Shown: positions 47,263-57,808 of the stretch, in pieces
Layout: each line of letters begins with the position of its first letter
Numbering within the stretch: the stretch's first letter is position 1
Assembly: GCF_000027125.1 (NCBI RefSeq)
Contig: NC_017626.1
Reading direction: 5' to 3' (one strand)
DNA length: 64,000 bases
From: Escherichia coli 042
Lineage (GTDB): Bacteria > Pseudomonadota > Gammaproteobacteria > Enterobacterales > Enterobacteriaceae
Notes under the pieces: model-generated
Told to the model about the DNA's origin: nothing
Databases searched by the model: none
Seen by the model: the letters and a program-made list of their open reading frames with translations, nothing else
Made by a program: the position numbers and the translations under genes

Positions 47263-49153
47263 GTGTGCCGCAGGAACACAAGATAGCTGCATAAGGATAC
47301 GCAGTTAGCTTTTGTATAAGCTCATAAAGAGATGGTGGAAGGCCCACCGGGATCGGCTGTCGGAAGCAGATTCCAAACCACTTCATGCTGCTGTGGTAAA
47401 GAGCCATGGTAGTGAGCGATGAAGTAAAGCGTGAGTGAAAACTCAGCAGGTAAGATACTCATGAGACGAGTGAACCCGAACCCATGTTGACGCGTCGTAA
47501 ACCAGAGACTGACATCAAAACCGAAGGGGCGTCCAGCCTTCGGGATAAGTCTGCGAGTGAATTCCGAATGCTGCGCAGACGGTGTCCGGCGTAAAGTGGG
47601 CGTGACGGAGTATCAGGCTCTTCCTGGGAACTGCGGGAACCTGTCGTTGTGATGATAAGGGAGAAATGCAAGTCACTGAATTGGCGAGCATGAAAGTACC
47701 GATGCACAGCACAGGGACGGAGCCGTTCGTAGTAGTGATGAAGCTTCTGTAATGGAGGTGGAGCGAAGGGGCGGCATCAGACAGTCTTTGGACAGTGTTC
47801 AACTGAACATGTTCAGGAGGAGACAATGACAAAGACAAAAGCGTTTAACATTGATAAGTCACTGGTGGTCAGCGCGTACAGGCGAGTGAAGACCAGTGCA
47901 GGCGCGGCGGGAATTGATAAGCAATCGCTGGCGGACTTTGATAAACGGTTAGTTGATAATCTGTACAAAATCTGGAACCGACTTTCTTCAGGAAGTTATT
48001 TCCCACCGGCAGTGAAAGCGGTGGCAATTCCGAAGAAATTGGGTGGAGAGAGAATTCTGGGTATCCCGACAGTCAGCGATCGTATCGCGCAGACGGTGGT
48101 AAAACTGGCCTTTGAGCCACAGGTTGAGCCACATTTTCTGGCAGACTCTTACGGCTACAGACCGAATAAATCGGCACTGGATGCTATAGGGGTAACGCGT
48201 AAGCGTTGCTGGTATTACGACTGGGTACTGGAATTTGACATCAAAGGGCTGTTCGATAACATCCCGCACGAACTGATAATGAAAGCCGTGGACAAACACA
48301 ATCCGGCCCGGTGGGTAAAATTGTATATACAGCGGTGGCTGACAGCGCCGATGGTGATGTCAGACGGAGAAGTCAGAGCACGAACAATGGGAACGCCGCA
48401 GGGAGGTGTCATAAGTCCGTTGCTGGCAAACCTGTTCATGCATTATGTGTTTGATAAATGGCTGGCAAAATATTATCCGAAAGTGCCGTGGTATCGATAT
48501 GCTGATGATGGCATTTTGCATTGTCACAGCGAAGCAGAAGCGACTGAAATGCGAGAAGTATTACGCAAAAGATTTAGCGAATGCGGACTGGAAATGCATC
48601 CGGAGAAAACGCGAGTTATCTACTGCAAAGATGGAAGCCGGAAGGGTGATTATGAACATACCATGTTCGACTTTCTGGGGTACACATTCAGGCGACGCGT
48701 AGTAAAGAACGTTAAGCGAAACAGTCTGTTTGTAAGTTTTACCCCCGCAGCGAGCAAATCAGCGCTAAAGGCAATGCGTCGGGAAATCAAAGCGACAGGG
48801 ATAAGGAAAAGAGTGGATTTAAGCATTGAGCAGATAGCGAAATGGATAAATCCAAAACTGAATGGCTGGATAAATTATTACGGGCGATATACCTGTTCGG
48901 AATTATACAGCGTGTTCAGATATATCAATAAAGCACTGGTGAGGTGGGGGCGTAAGAAATATAAAATGCTCAGCCGATACAAGACAAGAGCCTCAAAATT
49001 TCTGGAAGAAATGGCGAAGCGAAGTCCACAGTTGTTTGCCCACTGGCGTCTGAAGATGAGAGGCGGACTTGTTTGATGGGAGCGGTATGAGCCGAGAGGT
49101 TCACGTACCGTTCTGCGAGAGGCTGCGGGGGAGGTTCCTGCGGCCTACTCACC
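47263..49153 (+). mobile_element. Group II intron (about 1.9 kb) inserted in the transposase gene
   Basis: Insert begins GTGTG (GUGYG consensus), contains the RT/maturase ORF in the position of domain IV, has a domain V-like hairpin (GAGCGGTATGAGCCGAGAGGTTCACGTACCGTTC, about 49080..49114) and ends just before the exon 2 sequence seen in the intact copy. Boundaries are good to about 1 nt. Confidence 0.8.
47826..49076 (+). CDS. Group II intron-encoded reverse transcriptase/maturase
   Basis: 416 aa; RT motifs including YADD ([11 protein letters not shown]) and a C-terminal maturase (domain X) region. Confidence 0.88.
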   Translation: MTKTKAFNIDKSLVVSAYRRVKTSAGAAGIDKQSLADFDKRLVDNLYKIWNRLSSGSYFPPAVKAVAIPKKLGGERILGIPTVSDRIAQTVVKLAFEPQVEPHFLADSYGYRPNKSALDAIGVTRKRCWYYDWVLEFDIKGLFDNIPHELIMKAVDKHNPARWVKLYIQRWLTAPMVMSDGEVRARTMGTPQGGVISPLLANLFMHYVFDKWLAKYYPKVPWYRYADDGILHCHSEAEATEMREVLRKRFSECGLEMHPEKTRVIYCKDGSRKGDYEHTMFDFLGYTFRRRVVKNVKRNSLFVSFTPAASKSALKAMRREIKATGIRKRVDLSIEQIAKWINPKLNGWINYYGRYTCSELYSVFRYINKALVRWGRKKYKMLSRYKTRASKFLEEMAKRSPQLFAHWRLKMRGGLV

Positions 49154-49347
49154 TGGTAATGAATGAAGACGACTGCAAAATAAGAAGAGGAAATGCAGCA
49201 GAATTATTTTCAGGGATACGGCACATCGCTATTAATATTTTGACGAATGATAAGGTATTCAAGGCAGGGTTAAGACGTAAGATGCGAAAAGCAGCCATGG
49301 ACAGAAACTATCTGGCGTCAGTCCTTGCGGGGTGCGGGCTTTCGTAA
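49154..49347 (+). CDS. ISAs1-family transposase, exon 2 (C-terminal 64 codons)
   Basis: Encodes [63 protein letters not shown], nearly identical to the C-terminus of the intact copy; joins exon 1 in frame. Confidence 0.75.
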
Positions 49348-49378
49348 TCTTTCCCTGGATGTGAAAAGCAGCTGCGGA

Positions 49379-50669
49379 CAGGGAAAGATCATCAGAAGTA
49401 CACTTTTTGTACTAAACAATTCGCATTTTATGTTTAAAAATTGAGATATTCCTCATTACCTGAAGCTGTTTTTTATTGCTTATACATGATCAAATACTCC
49501 TTACATAATTAAGGAGAACAAAATGGAACTTAAAAAATTGATGGAGCATATTTCTATTATCCCCGATTACAGACAAGCCTGGAAAGTGGAACATAAATTA
49601 TCGGATATTCTACTGTTGACTATTTGTGCCGTTATTTCTGGTGCAGAAGGTTGGGAAGATATAGAGGATTTTGGGGAAACACATCTCGATTTTTTGAAGC
49701 AATATGGTGATTTTGATAATGGTATTCCTGTTCACGATACCATTGCCAGAGTTGTATCCTGTATCAGTCCTGCAAAATTTCACGAGTGCTTTATTAACTG
49801 GATGCGTGACTGCCATTCTTCAGATGATAAAGACGTCATTGCAATTGATGGAAAAACGCTCCGACACTCTTATGACAAGAGTCGCCGCAGGGGAGCGATT
49901 CATGTCATTAGTGCGTTCTCAACAATGCACAGCCTGGTCATCGGACAGATCAGGACGGATGAGAAATCTAATGAGATTACAGCTATCCCTGAACTTATTA
50001 ACATGCTGGATATTAAAGGAAAAATCATCACAACTGATGCGATGGGTTGCCAGAAAGATATTGCAGAGAAGATACAAAAACAGGGAGGTGATTATTTATT
50101 CGCTGTAAAAGGAAACCAGGGGCGGCTAAATAAAGCCTTCGAGGAAAAATTTCTGCTGAAAGAATTAAATAATCCAGAGCATGACAGTTACGCAATTAGT
50201 GAAAAGAGTCACGGCAGAGAAGAAATCCGTCTTCACATTGTTTGCGATGTCCCTGATGAACTTATTGATTTCACGTTTGAATGGAAAGGTCTGAAGAAAT
50301 TATGCGTGGCAGTCTCCTTTCGGTCAATAATAGCAGAACAAAAGAAAGAGCCCCAAATGACGGTCAGATATTATATCAGTTCTGCTGATTTAACCGCAGA
50401 GAAGTTCGCCACAGCAATCCGAAACCACTGGCACGTGGAGAATAAGCTGCACTGGCGTCTGGACGTGGTAATGAATGAAGACGACTGCAAAATAAGAAGA
50501 GGAAACGCAGCAGAATTATTTTCAGGGATACGGCACATTGCTATTAATATTTTGACGAATGATAAGGTATTCAAGGCAGGGTTAAGACGTAAGATGCGAA
50601 AAGCAGCCATGGACAGAAACTACCTGGCGTCAGTCCTTGCGGGGAGCGGGCTTTCGTAATCTTGCCCTG
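49379..50669 (+). mobile_element. ISAs1-family (H-repeat) insertion sequence, copy 2 (intact), in tandem 21 bp after copy 1
   Basis: Inverted repeats CAGGGAAAGATCATC and TTCGTAATCTTGCCCTG at the ends; 1291 bp. Confidence 0.8.
49523..50659 (+). CDS. ISAs1-family transposase (H-repeat-associated protein), intact
   Basis: 378 aa, [50 protein letters not shown]...; DDE-type H-repeat transposase. Confidence 0.88.
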   Translation: MELKKLMEHISIIPDYRQAWKVEHKLSDILLLTICAVISGAEGWEDIEDFGETHLDFLKQYGDFDNGIPVHDTIARVVSCISPAKFHECFINWMRDCHSSDDKDVIAIDGKTLRHSYDKSRRRGAIHVISAFSTMHSLVIGQIRTDEKSNEITAIPELINMLDIKGKIITTDAMGCQKDIAEKIQKQGGDYLFAVKGNQGRLNKAFEEKFLLKELNNPEHDSYAISEKSHGREEIRLHIVCDVPDELIDFTFEWKGLKKLCVAVSFRSIIAEQKKEPQMTVRYYISSADLTAEKFATAIRNHWHVENKLHWRLDVVMNEDDCKIRRGNAAELFSGIRHIAINILTNDKVFKAGLRRKMRKAAMDRNYLASVLAGSGLS

Positions 50670-50778
50670 GTACAGTAAACAAACGAAAGTTGTTATTTCA
50701 ATGGTCAGGGCAAGAGCATGAAGTGTTTACTACACACTATGCTCTTGTCCTGGAGTCAGGTCTTGTTTGGAGGGATAA

Positions 50779-51282
50779 ATGGTAGATATTGTCGAGGCCG
50801 ATAAAACGGATATTTATTTCATTCAGGAGAGTGTTTATGGCAAAATCGGGTTGCCAGCTTTTGGTAATACAATAGGACCATCCGCACAGCAAGTTGTTAA
50901 AAAGGTATTCGCTGTCGTTAAAGAACGAGATAAGACACATGCAAAACAGAGATTATTGTTGGAATATAATGGTAACAAACTCTGGATGAATGCTATTGAT
51001 GGCAGTGAAGCTATCCTACCAACAGAATTTTCTAAGCGATACGAACTTTCATTATTTAATACTACTAATTTTGGAGAAGATCCTTTTCCTGATGTTAATT
51101 TATATAATAATATGAAATCAAGTTTTTTTGTAAGGTTTGGTGGAACATCCCATCCCGAGGCTTGGGCTATTTATAATGCAAGTACGAAAGAGGTTAAATA
51201 TATAGAAACTGCAAGAGAAATTGATAAAATATTCAGTGATTTTAACTTGAGTGGTACATTGCCAATTCACATTGGTCGATGA
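50779..51282 (+). CDS. Hypothetical protein (no signal peptide), AT-rich
   Basis: 167 aa ORF just right of the IS pair; no recognisable motif; may correspond to the small ORFs that sit between yafT and yafF in E. coli K-12 (unverified). Confidence 0.4.
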   Translation: MVDIVEADKTDIYFIQESVYGKIGLPAFGNTIGPSAQQVVKKVFAVVKERDKTHAKQRLLLEYNGNKLWMNAIDGSEAILPTEFSKRYELSLFNTTNFGEDPFPDVNLYNNMKSSFFVRFGGTSHPEAWAIYNASTKEVKYIETAREIDKIFSDFNLSGTLPIHIGR

Positions 51283-51348
51283 TTTTTTAAATTGTGTGAT
51301 TAAATAATTGAACATTAATGATGATTTATAGCATTATTATTCTATAAC

Positions 51349-51861
51349 ATGAATAAACGGATTGAATGTGTTATGTTAAAAATAAGTTTATACGTAATAA
51401 TATTGTTATTTTCCTTTCAGATTAGTGCAGCCATTACTAGCAAGGAAAGTGAGGTTGTTTCACCATTATTAATGGATGTTAATTCTTCACTAACAATGGA
51501 AAATATTTCTGAATTATCCACATCATCGGAACCATCGCAACAGGGGGTATTTCCTGTAATATGTACTCGACTTCATCCTGGCTCCGTAATGAAACGCCAG
51601 TTATTAACCGGCTGGGGGCCTGTTTTTATAATTGGTGATGATCCTTTTTCTCTGCGCTGGATGAGTGAACATCTGGAGATCCTTAAATCGCTAAATGCCC
51701 TTGGTTTGGTTGTTAATGTTGAATCAGTAGAACGAATGGAGGTATTACAGCAGCGGGCTGATGGGTTATTGTTATTGCCAGTTATCTGCGATAATTTCGT
51801 GCAAACTCTGCAATTAAATGCTTATCCGGTATTAATCACAGAGATGGAAATATCACAATGA
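51349..51861 (+). CDS. Hypothetical exported/membrane protein
   Basis: 170 aa with N-terminal hydrophobic signal (MLKISLYVIILLFSFQISAA); AT-rich; identity not resolved. Confidence 0.4.
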   Translation: MNKRIECVMLKISLYVIILLFSFQISAAITSKESEVVSPLLMDVNSSLTMENISELSTSSEPSQQGVFPVICTRLHPGSVMKRQLLTGWGPVFIIGDDPFSLRWMSEHLEILKSLNALGLVVNVESVERMEVLQQRADGLLLLPVICDNFVQTLQLNAYPVLITEMEISQ

Positions 51862-51887
51862 TTAATAACATAATTACTGCAAATAAT

Positions 51888-52102
51888 ATCGTAATTTTGA
51901 AAATGGTAATCCTGTTCACGGCACCATAATTAGAGTTATGTCTTGTATCCGTTCAGTATAATTTCACGAATGCTTTATTAACTGGATGCGAGATTGCCAT
52001 TCATCAAATGATAAAGACGTCATCGCAATTGATGGAAAAGCGCTTCCACACTCCTATGATAAAAGTGGTCGCAGGGGAGCGGGCTTTCGTAGTCTTAGCC
52101 CG
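51888..52102 (+). pseudogene. yafF: Internally deleted ISAs1-family (H-repeat) remnant, yafF-like pseudogene
   Basis: Matches transposase codons roughly 55 to 118 ([35 protein letters not shown]) fused at a GGGGAGCG microhomology to the last about 20 bp of the IS right end (GGCTTTCGTAGTCTTAGCCCG). Confidence 0.75.
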
Positions 52103-52132
52103 ACTCTCCCCGGCCCTAAACACAACACCCAC

Positions 52133-52912
52133 TCACCACAACCTAAACTCATCCGCATCCCGCCATGCCGGAAACTTTTCTCTATATTCCCGCAATGCCG
52201 CCATCGACAGCTCCGCATCAATGCGCGTTGCCTGATGCGCGTCGGCGGTGGCGATAATCTCGCCCTGTGGATTAATCACCCGGCTGTCACCGCGATAATG
52301 GCAGCCGTTGCCATCGCTGCCGACGCGATTGCATCCCGCCACATACGCTTGATTCTCAATCGCGCGGGCCGTCAGCAATGCCTGCCAGTGCAGAGAGCGC
52401 GGAGCCGGCCAGTTGGCGACGTACAGGGCGAGGTCGTAATCGTTGAGATTGCGCGACCACACAGGAAAACGTAAGTCGTAGCACACCAGCGGCAAAATAC
52501 GCCAGCCGCGCCATTCCACAATCACTCGCGCATTGCCCGCTTTATAATGCAGATGCTCATCTGCCATGCGGAACAGATGACGCTTATCATAAAAATGTAC
52601 CGTGCCGCCTGGCTCAACCAGCAAAAAGCGGTTAACCGAACCAGACTCCGTTTGTAATGCAACACTGCCTGCAATCAGCGCATTGCACTGCTGCGCTTTG
52701 GCTGTCATCCAGTTCACTACGTCATCTTGTGCTAGCGACGAAGCTGCCGCTTCCATGGCAAAGCCGCTGGTAAACATCTCCGGTAGAACGATCACATCGC
52801 GTCCGGTAATATCTTCCAGTTGACGATCAAAATGACGCAGGTTGGCAGGACCATCCATCCACACCAGTGGTTGCTGCAAAAGCGTAATCTTCAAACCAGG
52901 CACGGTGTACAA
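52133..52912 (-). CDS. yafV: Omega-amidase / nitrilase-superfamily hydrolase YafV
   Basis: Carbon-nitrogen hydrolase fold (catalytic Cys in VCYDLRFP); the start may be the GTG three codons in, at 52903. Confidence 0.88.
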   Translation of the reverse strand: MYTVPGLKITLLQQPLVWMDGPANLRHFDRQLEDITGRDVIVLPEMFTSGFAMEAAASSLAQDDVVNWMTAKAQQCNALIAGSVALQTESGSVNRFLLVEPGGTVHFYDKRHLFRMADEHLHYKAGNARVIVEWRGWRILPLVCYDLRFPVWSRNLNDYDLALYVANWPAPRSLHWQALLTARAIENQAYVAGCNRVGSDGNGCHYRGDSRVINPQGEIIATADAHQATRIDAELSMAALREYREKFPAWRDADEFRLW

Positions 52913-53056
52913 CTCCTTTATGCGAAGGGTTTTATAACTTTAACACCTTATCAGGCAGTTGCCTTAGCGCAGAATAAATTGATAACAAATGCTGATATTG
53001 GAAATATCTGATTTGCAAATTATCGTGTTATCGCCAGGCTTTAGGAGGTTAATAAC

Positions 53057-53530
53057 ATGGGCAGGATAAGCTCGGGAGGAATGATGTTTAAGGCAATAAC
53101 GACAGTCGCCGCTCTGGTCATCGCCACCAGTGCAATGGCGCAGGATGATTTAACCATTAGCAGCCTTGCAAAGGGCGAAACCACCAAAGCTGCGTTTAAT
53201 CAGATGGTGCAAGGGCATAAGCTGCCTGCATGGGTGATGAAAGGCGGTACTTATACTCCCGCACAAACCGTAACGTTGGGAGATGAGACGTATCAGGTGA
53301 TGAGCGCGTGCAAACCGCATGACTGTGGCTCGCAACGTATCGCTGTGATGTGGTCCGAGAAATCTAATCAGATGACGGGGCTGTTCTCGACTATTGATGA
53401 GAAAACGTCGCAAGAGAAACTCACCTGGTTGAATGTGAACGATGCGCTTTCGATTGATGGTAAAACGGTGCTGTTCGCGGCGTTGACCGGCAGCCTGGAA
53501 AACCATCCGGATGGTTTTAATTTTAAATAA
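53057..53530 (+). CDS. ivy: Inhibitor of vertebrate lysozyme Ivy (periplasmic)
   Basis: 157 aa with signal peptide and the CKPHDCG lysozyme-inhibitory loop. Confidence 0.93.
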   Translation: MGRISSGGMMFKAITTVAALVIATSAMAQDDLTISSLAKGETTKAAFNQMVQGHKLPAWVMKGGTYTPAQTVTLGDETYQVMSACKPHDCGSQRIAVMWSEKSNQMTGLFSTIDEKTSQEKLTWLNVNDALSIDGKTVLFAALTGSLENHPDGFNFK

Positions 53531-53540
53531 TTAGCGGATA

Positions 53541-53570
53541 AAGAAACGGAGCCTTTCGGCTCCGTTATTC
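53541..53570. terminator. Bidirectional terminator between ivy and fadE
   Basis: Hairpin AACGGAGCC-TTTC-GGCTCCGTT flanked by A and T runs. Confidence 0.75.
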
Positions 53571-53572
53571 AA

Positions 53573-56017
53573 TTACGCGGCTTCAACTTTTCGCACTTTC
53601 TCCGGCAACTTTACCGGCTTCGTCGCAAGCTCTTCCGGATCAAAGTCATCGACATTAATACTGCGCAGACGGCTTTCTTCAGCTTTCACAAGAATAGCGG
53701 CTTCATCTTTATCAATCAGCCCCTTCGCCAGCGCGTTATGCGCCAGTTCATCCAGACGGGTAAACGGCAGGTTTTTACCCAGCTCTTTACAGATCCGCTG
53801 ATGAATTGGGTCGGCGGCAATCACATCCACCAGCGCCTCTTCCAGTAAACCAACCGGGTTATGCTCGCTCGGGGTCAGGTACTGACCGCGACCAATACGT
53901 GAACGGGTGGCGTTCGGCACTTGTAAAATCTTCGCCACCTTATGATCCAGCTTGTCAGACGGTGCCAGATAATGACGTCCGGTCGGGAAGATCACCACAT
54001 TCAGCAGCCCGGCAACCACGCGGTTCGGGAAGTTTTGCAGTAAATCGTCCATCGCCTGCTCTGCCTGATACAGCGCATCCTGTACGCCCCAGTGCACCAG
54101 CGGCAGGTCGGCTTCATTACGGCCTTCGTCGTCATAACGCTTCAGAACGGCAGAGGCGAGGTAAAGCTGGCTTAAAATATCCCCCAGACGTGCCGAGATA
54201 CGCTCGCGACGTTTCAAGCTGCCGCCCAGCACAGCCATCGAGACATCAGAAAGCAGGGCGAGGTTGGCGCTCAGGCGGTTCAGGTGCTGATAGTAGCGTT
54301 TAGTGGCATCGCCGGTTGGCGTGCTGCTGGTTAAACCGCGCGTCAGGCCCAGCCAGAAGCTGCGAACTTTGTTGCTACCGACGTGACCGATATGTTTGAA
54401 CAGCAGTTTATCGAACGCGTTTACGTCATTGTTCTTCGCCGCTTCCATCTCTTCCAGCACGTACGGATGGCAACGAATCGCCCCCTGACCGAAGATCATC
54501 ATGCTACGGGTCAGAATGTTGGCCCCTTCAACGGTGATGGCAATCGGTGCGCCCTGGTAAGCACGGGCCAGGAAGTTGCTCTGCCCGAGCATAATGCCTT
54601 TGCCACCAGTGATATCCATCGCATCAATAATCGACTGCTGCCCACGGTGGGTACAGTGATACTTAACGATAGCCGACAGCACGGCAGGTTTTTCACCGAG
54701 CATAATGCCGTAGGTAATCAGCGATGCCGCAGCATCCATTACATAAGCGTTTCCGGCAATACGCGCCAGCGGCTCTTCAATCCCTTCCATCTTACCAATA
54801 GAGATTTTGAACTGACGGCGGATGTGCGCATACGCACCCGTTGCCAGCGCTACCGATTTCACGCCGCCGGTTGAGTTGGAAGGCAGGGTGATACCGCGGC
54901 CTACCGAGAGGCACTCCACCAGCATCCGCCAGCCTTGTCCGGCCATTTTCGGCCCGCCGATAATGTAATCGATCGGTACGAAGACATCTTTACCGCGCGT
55001 CGGTCCGTTCTGGAACGGCACGTTCAGCGGGAAGTGGCGACGACCAATTTCCACGCCCGGCGTGGTGGTCGGGATCAGCGCACAGGTAATACCTAAATCT
55101 TCTGCGCCACCCAGCAGTTTTTCCGGGTCGGATAGTTTAAACGCCAGACCAAGCACGGTCGCAATCGGTGCGAGCGTAATGTAACGTTTGTTCCAGGTCA
55201 GACGCATCCCCAGCACCTGCTGGCCCTGCCATTCCCCCATGCAGACAATTCCGGTATCCGGAATCGCGCCCGCATCGGAACCCGCTTCCGGGCTGGTCAG
55301 TGCAAAGCAAGGGATTTCCTGACCACGCGCCAGACGCGGCAGATAGTGATCTTTCTGCTCGTCAGTGCCGTAATGTTGCAGTAGCTCACCCGGGCCTAAT
55401 GAGTTTGGCACACCGACGGTAATCGCCAGGATCCCGCTCACGCCGGAGAGTTTTTGCAGCACGCGAGACTGGGCATAAGCCGAGAACTCCAGCCCGCCGT
55501 ACTCTTTTTTGATGATCATCGCGAAGAAACGATGCTCTTTAAGGTACGCCCACAACTCCGGCGGCAGATCCGCCAGCTCATGAGTAATCTGGAAATCATT
55601 CGCCATCCGGCAGGCTTCTTCTACCGGGCCGTCGAGAAACGCTTGCTCTTCTGCGGTCAGGCGCGGCTGCGGATAGTTATGCAGCTTTTTCCAGTCCGGC
55701 TTGCCCTGGAACAAGTCGCCCTCCCACCAGGTGGTGCCCGCATCAATCGCTTCTTTCTCAGTGCGCGACATCGGCGGCATTACCTTACGGAAACCGCGAA
55801 ATACCGGCGCGGAAATCATCGACTTACGCATAGGCGCAAAGTTAAATGGCACGAGGATAATGGCCAGAGGCACCAGTACCCACGCCGACCACAGACCAGC
55901 AACGCCGAGGGCGGCTGTCCAGGCGAGCAAAATCAGACTGCTGATAAATAAGCTCACGCGGTGATAGAACAACGCGCCGAGCAGGACAACCGTAGCGAGA
56001 ATACTCAAAATCATCAT
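53573..56017 (-). CDS. fadE: Acyl-CoA dehydrogenase FadE
   Basis: The ORF-track start at 56095 is an over-extension; FadE begins [24 protein letters not shown] (814 aa). Spacing to ivy (42 bp) and gmhA (239 bp) fits the conserved arrangement. Confidence 0.92.
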   Translation of the reverse strand: MMILSILATVVLLGALFYHRVSLFISSLILLAWTAALGVAGLWSAWVLVPLAIILVPFNFAPMRKSMISAPVFRGFRKVMPPMSRTEKEAIDAGTTWWEGDLFQGKPDWKKLHNYPQPRLTAEEQAFLDGPVEEACRMANDFQITHELADLPPELWAYLKEHRFFAMIIKKEYGGLEFSAYAQSRVLQKLSGVSGILAITVGVPNSLGPGELLQHYGTDEQKDHYLPRLARGQEIPCFALTSPEAGSDAGAIPDTGIVCMGEWQGQQVLGMRLTWNKRYITLAPIATVLGLAFKLSDPEKLLGGAEDLGITCALIPTTTPGVEIGRRHFPLNVPFQNGPTRGKDVFVPIDYIIGGPKMAGQGWRMLVECLSVGRGITLPSNSTGGVKSVALATGAYAHIRRQFKISIGKMEGIEEPLARIAGNAYVMDAAASLITYGIMLGEKPAVLSAIVKYHCTHRGQQSIIDAMDITGGKGIMLGQSNFLARAYQGAPIAITVEGANILTRSMMIFGQGAIRCHPYVLEEMEAAKNNDVNAFDKLLFKHIGHVGSNKVRSFWLGLTRGLTSSTPTGDATKRYYQHLNRLSANLALLSDVSMAVLGGSLKRRERISARLGDILSQLYLASAVLKRYDDEGRNEADLPLVHWGVQDALYQAEQAMDDLLQNFPNRVVAGLLNVVIFPTGRHYLAPSDKLDHKVAKILQVPNATRSRIGRGQYLTPSEHNPVGLLEEALVDVIAADPIHQRICKELGKNLPFTRLDELAHNALAKGLIDKDEAAILVKAEESRLRSINVDDFDPEELATKPVKLPEKVRKVEAA

Positions 56018-56256
56018 AACGAAAAGCCCCTTACTTGTAGGAGGTCTGACCACTTGTGATGATATGGTTGTAGTGGATGTAAAAACATTTAGCAATGTGT
56101 TTACAATATAATTACAACAAAGCTCACATTGTTGCTGTTTTTATCCGCACTTCAGGTCAAAAAGTCCTGGTCATAGCACCTGCCCGTACTTCTCGCTTTT
56201 GGCGGTATCCGGTACACTGCATTTTGTCTATTACATTTATGCTGAAGGATATCCTC

Positions 56257-56835
56257 ATGTACCAGGATCTTATTCGTAACGAACTGAACGAAGCGGCGGA
56301 AACGCTGGCTAACTTTTTAAAAGATGACGCCAATATTCACGCCATTCAGCGCGCGGCGGTCCTGTTAGCAGACAGCTTTAAAGCTGGTGGCAAAGTGCTT
56401 TCCTGCGGCAACGGCGGCTCCCATTGCGACGCTATGCACTTTGCCGAAGAGTTGACCGGTCGCTACCGTGAAAACCGTCCGGGCTACCCGGCGATTGCCA
56501 TTTCCGACGTTAGTCATATTTCCTGCGTCGGTAACGATTTTGGTTTCAATGATATTTTCTCCCGTTACGTTGAAGCGGTAGGTCGCGAAGGCGATGTACT
56601 GCTGGGGATCTCCACCTCAGGTAACTCTGCAAACGTGATCAAAGCGATCGCGGCGGCGCGTGAGAAGGGGATGAAAGTGATCACCCTGACCGGTAAAGAC
56701 GGCGGTAAAATGGCTGGCACAGCGGATATCGAAATTCGCGTACCGCACTTTGGTTATGCCGACCGCATTCAGGAGATCCACATTAAAGTGATCCATATCC
56801 TGATCCAGTTAATTGAAAAAGAGATGGTTAAGTAA
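56257..56835 (+). CDS. gmhA: Phosphoheptose isomerase GmhA (LpcA)
   Basis: The ORF-track start at 56095 is an over-extension; the protein begins [24 protein letters not shown] (192 aa) with a SIS domain. Confidence 0.92.
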
Positions 56836-56841
56836 GTCTGG

Positions 56842-56976
<135 letters not shown>

Positions 56977-57040
56977 CCTGAAAATACTTAAATCAATCTT
57001 CGCCGGGGGCCATGCGCTCCCGCTGTTGTGGAGGTTACCC

Positions 57041-57808
57041 ATGTGCGAATTGCTCGGGATGAGCGCCAACGTCCCTACCGATATCTGCTTTAGTTTCACC
57101 GGGCTTGTACAGCGTGGTGGTGGAACCGGGCCACATAAAGATGGCTGGGGCATCACCTTTTACGAAGGTAAAGGCTGTCGCACATTTAAAGATCCACAAC
57201 CCAGCTTTAATTCCCCCATCGCCAAACTTGTCCAGGACTACCCGATAAAATCCTGTTCGGTTGTGGCTCATATTCGGCAGGCCAATCGGGGCGAGGTGGC
57301 GCTGGAAAATACTCACCCGTTTACCCGCGAGTTATGGGGACGCAACTGGACTTATGCCCATAACGGGCAACTGACGGGCTACAAATCACTGGAAACCGGC
57401 AACTTCCGCCCGGTCGGTGAAACCGATAGCGAAAAAGCCTTTTGCTGGCTCCTGCATAAATTAACGCAGCGTTACCCGCGCACACCGGGCAACATGGCGG
57501 CAGTGTTTAAATATATCGCCTCACTGGCGGATGAACTGCGGCAGAAGGGCGTTTTCAACATGCTGCTTTCAGACGGGCGCTATGTAATGGCGTATTGCTC
57601 GACTAATTTACACTGGATCACCCGCCGCGCGCCGTTTGGCGTGGCAACGTTGCTGGATCAGGATGTGGAAATCGACTTCAGCTCGCAGACCACACCTAAT
57701 GATGTGGTCACGGTGATTGCGACACAGCCGCTGACGGGCAATGAAACCTGGCAAAAGATTATGCCAGGCGAATGGCGCTTATTTTGCCTCGGGGAGCGTG
57801 TAGTTTGA
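57041..57808 (+). CDS. yafJ: Class II glutamine amidotransferase-like protein YafJ
   Basis: 255 aa from [19 protein letters not shown] (N-terminal nucleophile Cys after the initiator Met); convergent 30 bp overlap with yafK. Confidence 0.88.
   Translation: MCELLGMSANVPTDICFSFTGLVQRGGGTGPHKDGWGITFYEGKGCRTFKDPQPSFNSPIAKLVQDYPIKSCSVVAHIRQANRGEVALENTHPFTRELWGRNWTYAHNGQLTGYKSLETGNFRPVGETDSEKAFCWLLHKLTQRYPRTPGNMAAVFKYIASLADELRQKGVFNMLLSDGRYVMAYCSTNLHWITRRAPFGVATLLDQDVEIDFSSQTTPNDVVTVIATQPLTGNETWQKIMPGEWRLFCLGERVV

Larger units (their letters stand above)
46177..49357 (+). mobile_element. ISAs1-family (H-repeat) insertion sequence, copy 1, carrying a group II intron
   Basis: Terminal inverted repeats CAGGGAAAGATCACG (left) and CAGGGAAAGATTACGAA (right, reverse complement); 1290 bp once the 1891 bp intron is removed. 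Confidence 0.8.

Noticed and set aside
47263-47294. The transposase ORF tail [10 protein letters not shown] as a genuine C-terminus of a truncated transposase
   Set aside because: Comparison with the intact copy shows these residues are read-through into the group II intron 5' end, not part of the transposase.
18078-52132. Search for a direct repeat of the aspV 3' end at the right island boundary (an attR-like site)
   Set aside because: No copy of the tRNA-Asp 3' segment was seen near 52.1 kb; the right boundary is formed by IS elements instead, so no integrase-type att site is claimed.
51986-52474. 162 aa ORF starting [18 protein letters not shown]
   Set aside because: Its 5' part is the H-repeat remnant and the rest is an out-of-frame read-through antisense to yafV; it is a chimeric artefact, not a gene.
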